Below are positions 25,874 through 38,847 of a DNA stretch of 52,065 nt, piece by piece. The stretch is from Vermamoeba vermiformis (lineage: Eukaryota). The stretch is from NCBI GenBank assembly GCA_045837725.1, contig JBEWZL010000306.1, positions 310,001 through 362,065 on the forward strand, given 5' to 3'. Positions within the stretch are counted from its first letter, which is position 1; each line of letters starts with the position of its first letter. The notes under the pieces are model-generated. The model saw only the letters and a list, made by a program, of their open reading frames with translations, ran no database searches and had not been told where the DNA came from. The position numbers were made by a program, and so were the translations under genes.

Positions 25874-27105
25874 ATGTCATCTGCGCAAGATGTAGAGACT
25901 GTGGACACATTGGCAGCGATGTTCTCCAATCTCGATCGCGACGTAATAATGAAAGTACTGCAGTCGTGCGGAGGCAATGCGGATCGCGCAATTGAAAAAT
26001 TATTAGCAGTGTCAGATAACCCTGCAGTGTTGGACTCTATACAGGTAAGTTGAATTGTTACCCAAATTGTCACGATAATTTTCGAAAATTAGAAAAATTA
26101 ATTCTCCTGCTTATTTGAATTAAATCCCCTCTTCCTTAACTTAATATAATGCAAAAGGGACGATATTATTATATTTAAAATTGCAAATCTTAATAACATT
26201 TTTTGGTTCCGTATCATGAGCTGTGGGCATTGACTGCTTCCTTTACAGACCTCAGAGGCCAATCAAATGGCACAAGACGAGGCCTTGGCACGTGAACTAC
26301 AGCGCGAAATAACTCGAGCACAAGTAGCTGCGAGACCAAGGCCAGCTCAGCCACCACAAAGAGCACGTGTCGCTCATGCTTATAACGAGAACGAGTACGG
26401 TACGCAATATGAATAACTTATAGTACTCGGTGGTTATTGTGTTATTATGTATTGATAGTAACACTGCGTAATTTAGAGGACTCGGATGATTTCGGCTTTA
26501 CAGAGGCATTGTCAGATCTGGGCAATTGTAAGTATTCGGTTGTAATAATAAGGCTTTGTGCCTTAGTGTTAGTACATAGAGGGCCATATCATTAATAACT
26601 CGTGTAGCGGTCACGAAAACATTCGAGAATTTGTTCTCTTCAATTGGAAAAAAGCTGAATCCGAACAAGCAGAAGGACGCAGGACAATACAAGTAAGTTA
26701 ATTTGATACCAAGTCATGCACACAAATCACAGCTCCTCGAGAGAGTGTACCACAATAGTTATCTCTGAGTTACTTTTGTGCGTTACATGGATGGGATGCG
26801 GCGTTAGTTTTGAATTATTGGTTCTCCCTGATTATAAAAATGGTTATTTGCACGTCAGTCTTAGTACCCCTTGCTGTTAACACCAAGACAAATGAGAGAA
26901 CATTTTTTTTTTTGGCAGTTTGGTTCTGCGATCTACAACCCGTTACTAATTCGACTATAGGGCCGTTGCTGCGCAAGAAGAAGACGAATCGCACGTTGTA
27001 GAATTTGATTCGTCGTTGACCCATCGCGAGAAACATGAACCGACTGAGGTCAGTTTAGAAGATAAACGACTAACGCGTCGCAACGAATCCAAAAAAGAGA
27101 AGTAA
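25874..27105 (+). CDS. CUE-domain ubiquitin-binding protein (Cue5-like), multi-exon; absent from the ORF track
   Basis: Exon 1 encodes TLAAMFSNLDRDVIMKVLQSCGGNADRAIEKLL (CUE). Exon 2 encodes QMAQDEALARELQ. The last exon, 26961-27105, ends KKEK*. Confidence 0.85.
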
Positions 27106-27265
27106 AAGCGGCGATGTCGTGGTACGCCGCAAAGAGAGCGCCACTATGTGAATATTGTAAATAAATGATGCCAATCATACTGGCTTTTGTATACCGAGCT
27201 AGATCCGTACAGTTAATCTTTATTTTTCTTATTTACAATACTATTTATATCAAACTATGTACTAA

Positions 27266-28674
27266 TTAAGGGCTAGGAGGTACGTCACTGTGCTCGTCGT
27301 AATCGCTCAGTTCAACGTCACCACCGACCAGTTGTCTGCCCCACACGAGCGGTTCAGCTGAGCCATCAGGTGACTTCATTCGCTTGGACTGTGGCTCGTC
27401 GTCTGAACCCATTTCGGACGCACGACGCTTGGCAGGTGTGAGTGGCGGAGGTGTGCGCAGACCAGGACTGCCAGCACTGCTGTTCATCGGCGATGATTGG
27501 CTGGGACCGCTGGGAGCACCGAGCGTGGATCTTTGTGCGCCAGTCGGGTGTGCTGAAGACGAGCCTTGCGTGCCCTTGCCGCGCTGTTGCGAGCTTGACA
27601 TCTGCGAGTACTGCTGTTGTGATTCACCCGAGGCTGAGACATCGTTCGCAGGCTCCAAAAGTGTTGCCAGCACAAAGTCTGCTTCGAAGGCGTTGTGCAA
27701 TTTAACGTTCAGAAGGATTGGTCTAGGCATCGTTAATACGTTATTATAATATTAACTCTTTACTTACTTTCCAGGCTCGTCCATAAACAGCGAAATAGGC
27801 TGTGTCGCGACTTCACAGAAGCCCAAAATAGCTTTCATTTCTTTCAAGCAGAAAGTCAATTCCACGGCCTCGGTGTTCAAATCAAAGCGTTCAAAGTCTT
27901 GCGGGTCAATATTCAGCTCTGTCAACAGTGATTTTTGTGCCAAGTCGTCGGCTTTTTGATCGTCGATGAAGCTCTTCACGCGGACCCACTGTCGAGTCAA
28001 CACCAAGGTAATTTCATCGATATTGGCGGCAAAGTTTTGAATGCAGTCGATGAGCAGTTTGGGTCGCGAGACAATTTTGTGTGGACAGTTCTCGTGCGAG
28101 TAGACCGCTTGTAACGGCTCGCAATCCTCTACGTTCAATTTATATGTCTTTTTAACACCTAAAGTAAGCGAAAATAAATAAACAATTTCTTGGTGATGCT
28201 GCCGGATGTCTTACCCATTTTGCAGTTCATTTCAAAAACAAGCTTTGGATCGTCGTTGGTAAATTTCATAATGCATTCTTCCACGTTGTTGATTCCTTTA
28301 AATACTGAAGTGCAAGCCTAAAAGTGAATTTGATTTATTAGAAATAATTCAAAAAAATTAAGAAAATAATTCTAAATGGTTATACTTACCTTTAATAAGA
28401 CTTTGTATCGACAATCAACATTATTTGTAAGATCGTAGACTCGGAAAAAATTCGGCAGCAGATTGAAACAGAAGTAGGCCGATCGGTTGGCGTTGAGCGC
28501 TCGTAAAATTAGCTGCCAAATATTTTTAGTACGGCAATTGTAATATTTATTTTTCTAGGCATAAATTACCTTGTTGCCAGTTCCTTCGATAAACAGATCT
28601 TCGCCGATCTTTTGAAGGCAGCTGATCATCTTCGCAAAGAGACGAACATTCTTGCCTGGAATAACTGCTTGCAT
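27266..28674 (-). CDS. RAD9: Checkpoint clamp (9-1-1) subunit Rad9
   Basis: MQAVIPGKNVRLFAKMISCLQKIGEDLFIE, LRALNANRSAYFCF, LTFCLKEMKAILGFCE, FMDEPG-RPI, ADFVLATL and an S/P-rich tail. E2F-like TTTGGCGGG at ~28769 upstream. Confidence 0.92.
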
Positions 28675-28923
28675 TGTGTTCGTATCGTTTAGTAGCTTTG
28701 TTTATCAAAATTACCGGTCGCGAACATTTTTGTCGAGCCAGTTCGCAGAATTTCGCACGCAGGCATATTTTGGCGGGCTTAAGAAAAACCACAACAAAAT
28801 AATTGCTGATATCGGCAGAATGAGCGAATATCATTTATTTCCACTGGAGTCTCCGGCTCATTACTGTACACGTATGTAACATTTGAAATTGAATCCGTTT
28901 GGATCCCAAGCGCAAATGGTGTG

Positions 28924-30178
28924 CTAATTCCACGATAAAAACGCTGCGACGTATGCCCAAATCAAAGTGCCGACAGCGAGCGGCAGAGTGATTCTCATAC
29001 TAGCCAGTCCTTTTCTATCTTGATATTCCGTAGTTCCCATTATGATTGAGTGCGCTATGACTAGTCCATAGCCCAGCATAAAGTGTATTGGTGCGTAGTA
29101 TATGGCAGGTATGGCAGGTATTACAAACAAGCCACCAATCACTACAATTTTGTCGTCGTAATATTTCCGCAGTACTTTGTAACAGAACAGACCAGCGACC
29201 AAGCACCAGCCAATAGTGACCAATATTCCTTTCGCTCCAATAGAAATCAAGTGAAATAGCAGCGCCAGTGCAATGCGTAAGCGAGGCATGCTGGAGTACC
29301 AAGGCGTAGAGACATAATCAAAAGCGAACATCGAAAACAAGCCCAAGATCATTCGAATTTGCGTAGGTATCGCCCATGGACTCGAATTCCACAATTGAGG
29401 TGAAATTGAAGGTGCCCAAAATATTAGCTGGTCCAAAAACGGCAAAATAGAAAGCAGAACCTGATTGCGTTAAATACAGCAATTAGAAAAGTCAATAATT
29501 TAATGTCGCGGTTACGTACAGAGAAGAACATTGCCGTCGCTTGTGCTTTCAAGCGATTATTGTCGATGTAGTACGGATGTGGTTGAGACACCATTTCGGA
29601 TAGGACTTTAAACAGTGCTTCAGGTCGATCATGAAAATAAGATCCAACATTCTCTTCGTCTTTTTTCTTGCGACCCAATTTGTTCCCACTGACGGTGCTG
29701 TATTGCTCGCGCCTTATAAAATACTGAATTTTGTTTGACTGCTCCGAGCTGAGTGGCACGGAATATTTCATATAGCTAGGTGCTATTTTGAACAGTGTTT
29801 CCGTGAGCTGCTCGTATTTTTTAATCCACACGTATTGCTCGCAAATAGTTTGCCATTTTTTGCAAGCGGTTGTGACGTTGAGCAATTGATGGGGCTCATC
29901 AATCCATTGTAATATTTGACAAATAATTTCCGAGGGCATCTTATTTATAAGATCGTTTTCATCGCTAAGCAAATAAATCAGTAAAACCAAAATTAATAAA
30001 TTTAAATTTTGTAAATTACACTAATTCTCAGGTCAGTGATTACTTACATCTCAGTAGATATGGGCTTCCGTTTTAAGCGCCTGCTAAATACGCGAACTGT
30101 TGTATAAATTGCGAATAAGCCGATCGCGCTTGTTGTTAGCGGCAACTTTCTGAATACGCTCACTACTGTGGGGAGCAT
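28924..30178 (-). CDS. F-box protein with N-terminal hydrophobic anchor and C-terminal multi-pass membrane domain
   Basis: Exon 1 starts at ATG 30178 and is spliced (AT|C) to the F-box exon (MPSEIICQILQWI...TTACKKW). A GTACGT...CAG intron then leads into the hydrophobic ORF 28924..29445. Confidence 0.75.
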
Positions 30179-30295
30179 CGTAAAATAGACTACTTTTAAG
30201 CTTTCACTGAATTCATTACACCCGCCGCTAGCTGTGGTCTGGCGCGTAAAAAGATGAAGTTTTACTGCATCCAACGCACAAACACAGACACCACA

Positions 30296-31728
30296 ATGAA
30301 CACAATTGCGAATGCTGTAACGGCTACTTTAGAAGATCTTCATAAGAGCACATCAAAGAGTGCGGTTGAACACCGTCAAAGAACTGGTGGTTGGTTCGGG
30401 AAAATTAACGAATGGTTGAGGTGGCTTGCAGTGAGCGTTTTAAAACATGGTAAGCTCCAAATTATGTCGATAATTTATTCAATTTTTTTGGAATATTTTC
30501 TGAATTTTTCGGGTGACGTGTCAGATCGGATCCTCTGCTAGTTCCTCGTTAATAAATAAATTGTTAATGATAATTCAGGGCCCATTCCAAAGCATGTAGC
30601 ATTTATTATGGACGGCAATAGACGATTCGCACGCAAAATTAATCAAGATGTTAGAATTGGCCACTGGCTCGGCCACATCAAACTACAAGAAGTATGAAAG
30701 TTAATAATATACCATTGTTATTAACTGGCTTTTTGAAGACCCTTGAGTGGTGCTTAGAACTCGGAGTTGAAACAATTACCGTATTCGCGTTCAGCATTGA
30801 GAATTTCAAGCGGTCCAAAGAAGAAGTCGATGCATTGATGGAGCTCGCTTATTCTAAATTCGAAGAAATGCTCAACGAGTCGTAAGTTTAAGATATATTG
30901 TGGTACTCTTGAAAGTCGTCCTGATCTTGTCTCGCAGTGATATATTGAGCAAACATCGACGCATTCAAGTGCTTGGCGACATTACTCGATTGCCTTCAAA
31001 GCTGCAACAAGTGATGGGTAAAGTGCAGTACGAGTCTCATCACAACAAGCGATCAACGCTGAACATGTGCGTGTCATACACTTCGACTGAAGAAATCACG
31101 CACGCGATCAACACGTTGGTCAAAGGTGTGCATGACGACAAGATTGATGTCAAGTAAGTCCTTCACAATCCCTGGCACGGAGAGGCACTCAATGTTATTA
31201 TTTTAGTGACATCACCGAAGAACTGTTCCAAGAGTGCTTGTACTCGCATAGCAGTGTCGAGCCAGACATGGTGGTGAGAACGTCGGGTGAAGTTCGACTG
31301 AGTGACTTCTTGCTGTGGCAGGTGAGTGCTATGAACTGACTTCGCGTGCTAATGTTGCTCACTCGTTTGTGCAGAGTGCCTTCTCTTCATTCGCGTTCTA
31401 TCAGGTGTACTGGCCTGAATTCTCAGCGTGGAACTTGTACCAAACAGTGCTTATGTACCAACGAAACTACAACGAGATGCAGGTACGAACAGTTGTGACT
31501 CTAACTCGCTCATTTCTAACCTTGTTGTAGAAACGCAAAGAGGAGTACAACAAGAAATTCCCATCACTTCCGATGAGCGACAAGGCCTCTGACTTTGTGC
31601 AGTCATTGAGAGGCCAAGAACTCAACACGTTACAGCACTACGCTGATGAATATGATCACCGCGAGAAAAGTCAGGAAGAGGAAGATAAAAAGTTCTACAG
31701 TAGATTGCGCGTTGGAGACCTGAAGTAA
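30296..31728 (+). CDS. DHDDS: cis-prenyltransferase / dehydrodolichyl diphosphate synthase
   Basis: [47 protein letters not shown] and WPEF across exons. Confidence 0.93.
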
Positions 31729-31779
31729 GGCTGTGTATATACTGACGCCATGTAGTATAATGTAAATACTGTTGATATT

Positions 31780-33002
31780 TTAGTTGCTGTACATCATTAC
31801 ACCGAGTACGGGCAATAAGACTGTCATCAACAGGTTGGCCACAAAATTAACCTGAGTACGGTTAGAACATGCTCTCAGATACGTAAAATAGATGTAGTAC
31901 CTGGTGGTTATCGAGTATATTCAAGCCCGTAATATGCTTCACATTGGGACCAGCAGCCTTGACGACTTTTTGCTGTTTTGGATCCCATCCGGAATATTGT
32001 ACTGTAGCGCCCAAAAACGAGTCGATCTAACGGCATTGTTAAAACCGCACTAAATTTGCTCACATATATATGCGATATTACCAAAGAGCCGCCTAATCCA
32101 CCAATTATTCCCATCAAAATCAACGGAGTTTGCGAGGCCGCGGAGCCCGTTGAGAAGAAAAAGTTGCACAAGAAAGCGGTGATACCAATTAATAGCCCTA
32201 TGTATATGAATCATATTAAGTATTGCTTTATCCGCAACCTGTGTAGGCGTACCTCCACCGAAACTGGCGCCGAGACCCAACATTGAAACACCTCCGTTTG
32301 TGCCTTTTGGAACCTTCGATAATCAGTTAAAATTACGTCCATTTAGCTTATATATTCGCTCCATACCTTTTTCAATGTCGTTACTAATCTTGGTTCGCCT
32401 TTGCTGAGGATACCGAGCTCTGAAGACCACGTGTCGCCGTTAGCACACGCGTATTGGCTATAAACTGTTAATAATTGTATTGTATATGCATTAAACTACT
32501 TACCCTATCCACGCTAAAAGCACCATTGAGCTCCAGAAGTTGTTTTTTAAATCGAAAGCGAGATCTTGACCAGCATTGCCCATGTAAATCCAAACGGCGC
32601 AAAGCACGACGCCAATGCCTATTTAGGGTCGTTGGCAATGACTTTATTATAGATGGTTTGGCTTACCAGCATTAGCAAGTACTTGAATCCAATTTCTTTG
32701 ACCACCTTACAAAAAATCTTAGTTAATTGTTGCTATTTTTTTGGTCATTTTCTAAAATTACCTTCTTGAAAATCCTCTTCGATTTTTTTCTTAATTTCAG
32801 CTTTGTATTTGGTTAAATAAGACGAGGTGAAATAAAATATTGCCATTAAAAATACTGCATTGTTGCAGGCAAGAATATGAATAGCGGCTACCACTCCACC
32901 CATTATAGCACCGCTAAAACTAAGCGACTTTTTCTTGTAACCACGACGCGCCAAAAAGAAGGCGAACAAAACAGCTGATGCGATCCTCTGAAGTGTCCAC
33001 AT
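31780..33002 (-). CDS. TMEM19: DUF92 membrane protein (TMEM19/PGR-like)
   Basis: [46 protein letters not shown] and [16 protein letters not shown]. Confidence 0.9.
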
Positions 33003-33243
33003 TGTTGTCTATCGTCCAAAAAAATCTTTAACACTCGTAGAGTACCATAGTTTGTTGCCAGCAGGGCACGAAAAAAGAAGCCCTGTATTTTTCAAGCTAA
33101 AAAGTCGACGTCGTCAAAAAAAAAACCGTTGGGGGTTATGATTTACGAATTGAACTTAGACAACAGGGTAGACTGTCTTAGTATTTTTTATTTTTATCAA
33201 TTATTACATCTGTAGTCAACAGTTCAGCAAGTAAACGAGAAAG

Positions 33244-34634
33244 ATGCAGAGTTTAATGGATCGAAGCACGGCACGCACGGCCGTTTTGATCATTTTTTGG
33301 TAAATACACCAAAATTAACCATAATAATAATTAACCTATTATCACGATGTAGGTTCATCTTCAATATTATGACAGTTATTTTGAACAAATACATCTTCCA
33401 AACCTTGTCATGGGTTTTCCCTATTTCGCTTACCGTTGTACATATGATCACCTGCACAATTGGTGCCGTTCTTATCTTGCGAGTCCTTGAATGGCGAACG
33501 ATTCCTTTCATCCAGTTGGATTGGCAAAAATACACCAGAGGAGCCGTTCCTTTGGCGTAAGTCTAATTGATAATTTATAATATCCAATCAAATAATATTC
33601 GTTTATTTAAAAAACAAAAACTTTCGATTTTTCCGATCGGATCAACGATCAAATTTCTGACTTCGATTAATAGGGTCTTATTTTGCACCAACATCGTATT
33701 GGGCAATGTAAGCTTGCGATGGGTCCCAGTTTCATTCATGCAAACTGTCAAGGTAAAGATTGAAAATGATTTAAACCTATTCGCTTGCTAATATTGTTAA
33801 TTAAGAGCTCTGTGCCTTTCTTCACCGTCGTTTTGGAGCGCCTCTTCTTCTGGGAAGGTGGTGACATCGATCGCCGTGTTGACCTCAGTCTTATCCCTAT
33901 CGTCGGTGGTGTTGCCATGGCCTCTTACTACGAGGTTAACTTCAACTGGACTGGCTTCATTGCCGCGCTCGTCGCCTCTGTTATCACTGGTAAGTTATTC
34001 AGCTTGCCGAGCACAGTAATACTAATATCTACACAGCTCTGATGGCCATTATGAGCTCGCGTTTGTTGCGCACCAAGATGGATGGTGTCAACTTGTTGTA
34101 CTACATGTCGCCGTTGAGCATTGTAATGCTCACACCCTTCGTCTTCACTGGCGAGTGGGAAGAAATGGCCGCTGATTGGGCTCTCAGAGATAATGGCTCT
34201 TTCTTGCTTACCATTTTGATCATCAGCGGTGCCGGTGCCTTCATGCTCAGTAAGCATATTAAACTTCACACCGCAGCATTTACTAACACTAGTTAAGACA
34301 TTTCTCAATTCTTGTTGATTAAGAACACTTCTGCATTAACTTTCACTGTCGCTGGCAATTGCAAAGTAGTTATCAACATCGCTCTTTCCGTGATGATCTT
34401 CCGCAATCAAGTAAGATTTTCCGCCAACGCTTACGCGCACCATGTACTAATAGACATTAGGTTACCTTCTTGAATGGATTTGGCTGCATTCTTACTGTCC
34501 TTGGTGCGAGCTATTACCAACAAGTGCGTTACGAGATCAACCAGAAAAATCAACAACGACAACAGGTGTCACCAAAGGAGCCCGACGTATTGCCTCTGGT
34601 TGAAAACGTTGACAAAGAAACCGAGCGACCTTAA
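33244..34634 (+). CDS. Nucleotide-sugar transporter (TPT/SLC35E-like, UDP-galactose transporter-like)
   Basis: ILNKYIFQ, FPISLTVVHM, NVSLRWVPVSFMQTVKSSVPFF, NLLYYMSP and TSALTFTVAGNCKVV. Multi-exon, TAA at 34632-34634. Confidence 0.9.
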
Positions 34635-34910
34635 GAACCTGATTCTTTGTTATTAGTCAACAATTTTCCTTTTTGTATCTCTGTCTCTTTAGTCTGGTCA
34701 CCGCTTTGTTGAAACCGTAAATTAGCGTTAATTGGAATAGGAAAAAACCATTCTTTATTTTCACGCGCAGTTTTCCTTTTGTTTACCCGAAGGTTGTGGA
34801 TCGTAAGAGGGGCTTGGCATAAATGATCCGCAAAATTAAGAAAATCGTGTTCTGCTTAAAACACAAAAGCCAAGGTTCGTTGCGATACAGACAGCGAAGA
34901 AAAAAAAAAT

Positions 34911-34983
34911 AGCGCCCACCAGGGATCGAACCCGGGACCCTTGCCTTAGGAGGGCAACGCTCCTACCACTGAGCTATGAGCGC
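34911..34983 (-). tRNA. tRNA-Arg (anticodon CCT)
   Basis: Cloverleaf with acceptor GCGCTCA/TGGGCGC, D stem GCTC/GAGC, anticodon stem TTGCC/GGCAA with loop CT-CCT-AA, and T arm CCGGG-TTCGATC-CCTGG. Followed by a T10 Pol III terminator on the minus strand (34900-34909). Confidence 0.95.
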
Positions 34984-35491
34984 TTGTTAATCGTGGAAAA
35001 CCGCTGTGGCACGGAGAGGTACGCGGGGTCAGATCGAGGCGTGCACGATCGTGGATGTCCTCGTTGCCAGTTTTGTGCGGCGCTTTTCTTTGACTAATTT
35101 TTTTAAATGATAGGGTAAGGATTTTGCAGATCGAACAAATATTCCAAATCGAGTAACATTTATATATAAATTATAAATAAATACAGAGCAAATAGGTGTA
35201 CTAAGATACAAGTATGTTGGACAGTTACCTTTATTTTGGTTGGGTTTTTTGAAAACGCATCCGAATCAACCAATCTCCGTTTGTAATTGAGCCATTTCAT
35301 GCATAGCTATGTAATCAACATAAGATAGTAACGTCGATCAATTAAAAATAATCCATTGTGTTGTTCAACGGGTAAAAGCTATCGCGATAAAAGCGTCAAC
35401 ATTTTTTTTGTCTTGGGACGGTCCTGTTCATGAAAACCCAACCTCTTTTTTTAATTCGAACAAAACATACAGTAGTAGACCACAACTAACC

Positions 35492-36548
35492 ATGTTGAAG
35501 CGAGCAAAAGGCATTAGACTAAACTGGTATCACTTATTTTTTGGATCCTTGTTGGTGATGACGTTTTTCGTCGCCTATAAATACGGGCAATACTCTCTAC
35601 AGTTGTCATATTCTCGCCAATTGCAAAGCGTGAAGGGAAATGGTGAAGCTCCGAAGGCCAAGATCGATGTATTAAGTTGGAATCCGCGCGTGTTTTATTA
35701 TCACAATATTCTCAGTGACGAAGAAGCAGACCATATTATTGCCATTGGCAAAGACCACTTACAAAGGTAATTATTTGAAATATTAATCAAATTTGAATTC
35801 GTTTTGGAATATTGGCGATTATTAATGAAAATACTTTCATGAACGCCATTTTTTAGCTTTCTGCCTTCCTTAAAATTTGCAATAATAGTCAATTATTATC
35901 TTTACAATTTAATATTAATATTGTACGCTTCTAGGTCGATGACTGTTGGTGAAAATGGTAAAGCTGTGGAAAATCCAGTACGCACGAGCTACGGTACTTT
36001 TATGACCGGTTCTCTCGCTGAAGACGATGTTGTCCAAGCATTGGAGCGACGAATTGCAGGTAATTTACTGATTTGCCAAAATTTCAAACCGAGATCTGGA
36101 TTTTAAAACTTAAAAACCAATTTCTTTCTAGAATGGTCTCACATCCCTCAAGAAAATGGCGAGGCCTTCTATTTGTTGCGATATGAGAACGGTCAAGAGT
36201 ACAAGCCTCATATGGATTGGTTTGCCTTAAACGCGGATGCTCCTTATTGGATCGGTCGCTCTGGTCAGCGCATGGCTACTGTATTGACCTACTTGGCTGA
36301 CGTAGAAGAGGTACGCAGCTGCTAACAGATTACTAGTCGTGCAGTACTAACGCTCCGATTACTAGGGAGGTGAGACTATTTTCCCTCGACTTGGTCTCGA
36401 GATCAAGCCTCGCAAAGGTGATGCTATTTTGTGGTACAATACTAACTTGGAAGGCAAGACCGAAGAGTTCACTTTACACGGCAGCAAGCCTGTCGTTCGT
36501 GGCACTAAGTGGGCTATGACTAAATGGATCCGTGAGAAGAAGGCTTAA
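35492..36548 (+). CDS. P4H: Prolyl 4-hydroxylase (type II membrane, 2OG-Fe(II) dioxygenase)
   Basis: N-terminal TM, then LSWNPRVFYYHNILSDEEADHII, VRTSYGTF, LRYENGQEYKPHMDWF (HxD), EEGGETIFP and TLHGSKPV..GTKWAMTKW. Confidence 0.93.
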
Positions 36549-36627
36549 AAACCTTTTAAGACCTCGTTTACTTTAGGATTAGTTTATTATGTACAGATGA
36601 GTAAATTATTTTTCTTTCAATTGCATA

Positions 36628-38847
36628 TTAGATCTTCTCTTGGCCATTAATGATTTTATCAGCTAATTTTACGGCCTCAATCAACGTGTTCGTGTGCCTT
36701 GCACGCAAGTTAGTATCGCTGCATTCTTCGAATTCTTTTGCAAGAGCTCCTCGAACGTTGGCGATTTTCTTGTAGAAGTTGTCCAAATATATCACTGGCT
36801 TGCCCATAAGCGTGGACATGATACTCGCGTGAAGGCGATCGGTAATGATAATCCTCCCTCGGCTAAAGAGGTTGTTGACCATTTGCTTTCTGATTCCCAT
36901 AAAAGCGTGGCGATTATTGGGTGACAACGTGATCCACTGTTTAGGATATATTTGCGTATAATTGTAGACCACAGTTTTGTTATCAGATAGCAATTTGACG
37001 GGAAATCCCATCACCGGAAAGTCCCACACCTCGAAGGTAATGTTCCTCTTGCTTTTAAGCCATTGCAGCGCTGTTTTTTTGTCGTGTGGGAGAATGATGT
37101 TCTCTTTATCGATGCGAAGTAGTAGGATGATATCAATAACCGGTTTACCGTTTGGTATTTGCGGTCCCATTGCAAACGCCATGTCAGGAATATATTTTGA
37201 TGGAACTCCGGAGAAATTCTTTCTAGCAAATTCAAGTGAGGGGTAGTCTCGGAACGTGAGCAAAAGACGGTGGTTTGCTTGAAATGTATTGTTATCCGCC
37301 TCAAGGTATTCTTTTTGGGTGTAGTGAACCGATTGTGGCAAAAAGACGATGTCGTTGTTTTTAACTTCTTTAGCAACCTTAAGCCTGAAATTTGCATTAT
37401 CTCGCCATAAATCGCCAAAGTTGCCTCCGCCATGAAGAAGAAATACCCCGTCTTTAATAAGCTAAACAATCGTTAAGTCTAGATAAATCGATTGAATTAC
37501 TTACAGATTTCGCTACGGAAATATTTCTGTCCAAGAATTTGTCGGTTACGATTGGGAATTGTCCGTAGTTTTCGAGCAAGTGTTGAGTGCCCTGCCAAAT
37601 TAGGACATCACCCAGATTCGAGTGCATTGGAAGGTCCATATACGCGATCGGTTCTCCGGCTTTTAGAAGCGATCCTACCTCCTTAATTACCCGCTCTCGT
37701 ACTTTGCGAATACACACGAGGCGGTTCAATTCTATTTCAGGATCCGGTGCGATCGGTGGCAATCCTCGGTGGTAGTCTGCAGGGGTAAGTGCAGTCTGCT
37801 CGATGAAATTGGCATTGCTAACCACGTCGACCACTCCTTGAGCCAATAACAGTATTGTGCATAACGTCACAAGTATCGAGAACTTAGTTTTGGACTCGTT
37901 ATGTTGGCTCGCTGCCGTAGCACCAGTTGACAGGTACGCCGCAACACTAACCAAGACAAACGAAATAACCATTAGTGCTGTAAGAGTTACGGAACTCATT
38001 AGAAGCGCAAAAAGTGCTGCCACAATAAAAAAATTTGCCCTGCTGGGCTGCGTTAGTGAGTTGAAAAATATTCCGCAGCGACGATAACCGTAGCCCAGCA
38101 CACACGTCAAAGCCAAAGTCACAGCTGTAAATGAGACATTGACGTCAGGCAAGTAGACCAAATTAAATTCGAGCCATGCAAAGGGTGCCAATACAGCCAC
38201 TAGTGTGCTACTCGCGAACATCTCCGCTTTGAGATAATGCGCTGATTCCACGTAGCACTGGGCATAGTGATGAAGATAATAATTTACGTACGTGTGTATT
38301 GCAGAAGCTCCAATTTGTATGATTGCCCAGTGTGGTTGATGCGTTCGAAAGACTTCAACAAGAAATACGACAAGCCCAACGCCAAATAAAATATTTGCGC
38401 GGTTGAAGCTCGGTGTTCTTTCTGCACTATTGAACAATTGCCAAAAATTAAGCACTGAGAGCTAATAATAAATTATTAGTCAACTATTATTTAGTGGTTG
38501 ATAGAATAAATAAATTTATTTATAAAATTCGTTGTTACCTGGAACAGTCCGATAATCCACAAAGATGCATAGTTTAAGGCAATAAAAAATGCTGTAATAT
38601 CAGCCATATGCAAAATTGTTACGTACAGAGCGGATCGCGTGGCTTTGGATCCGTCTCTTTCTCCTCCAGATCCTTCTCCAACTACCCATCGAAGCACATC
38701 AATTATTGCCAGAAAAGAGGAAAAAGCCCATGCTGCTAATAAAGGGGTTGAAAATAAGGAAACAAGTATTTTGCCTTGGATTTGACTGCCAAAGGTTACT
38801 ACGAAGCAAGCAGTAACGAATACCACATTCGCAATATCAAACTTCAT
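36628..38847 (-). CDS. Fusion: N-terminal multi-pass (DMT/nucleotide-sugar-transporter-like) domain + C-terminal polysaccharide pyruvyltransferase (Pvg1-like)
   Basis: About 9-10 hydrophobic segments, then in the same exon DLPMHSNLGDVLIWQG. A phase-0 intron leads to LHGGGNFGDLWR, LPQSVHY, FRDYPS, PDMAF and IITDRLHASIMS. Start at 38847 (38940 is an alternative). Confidence 0.85.

Noticed and set aside
26132-26140. U12-type branch point TTCCTTAAC in CUE intron 1
   Set aside because: The donor is GTAAGT (U2-type) and the motif is ~110 nt from the acceptor.
34911-34983. Genetic-code reassignment of AGG
   Set aside because: AGG encodes the conserved Arg in the RRM motif SRHLWVG, and genes end in standard stop codons.
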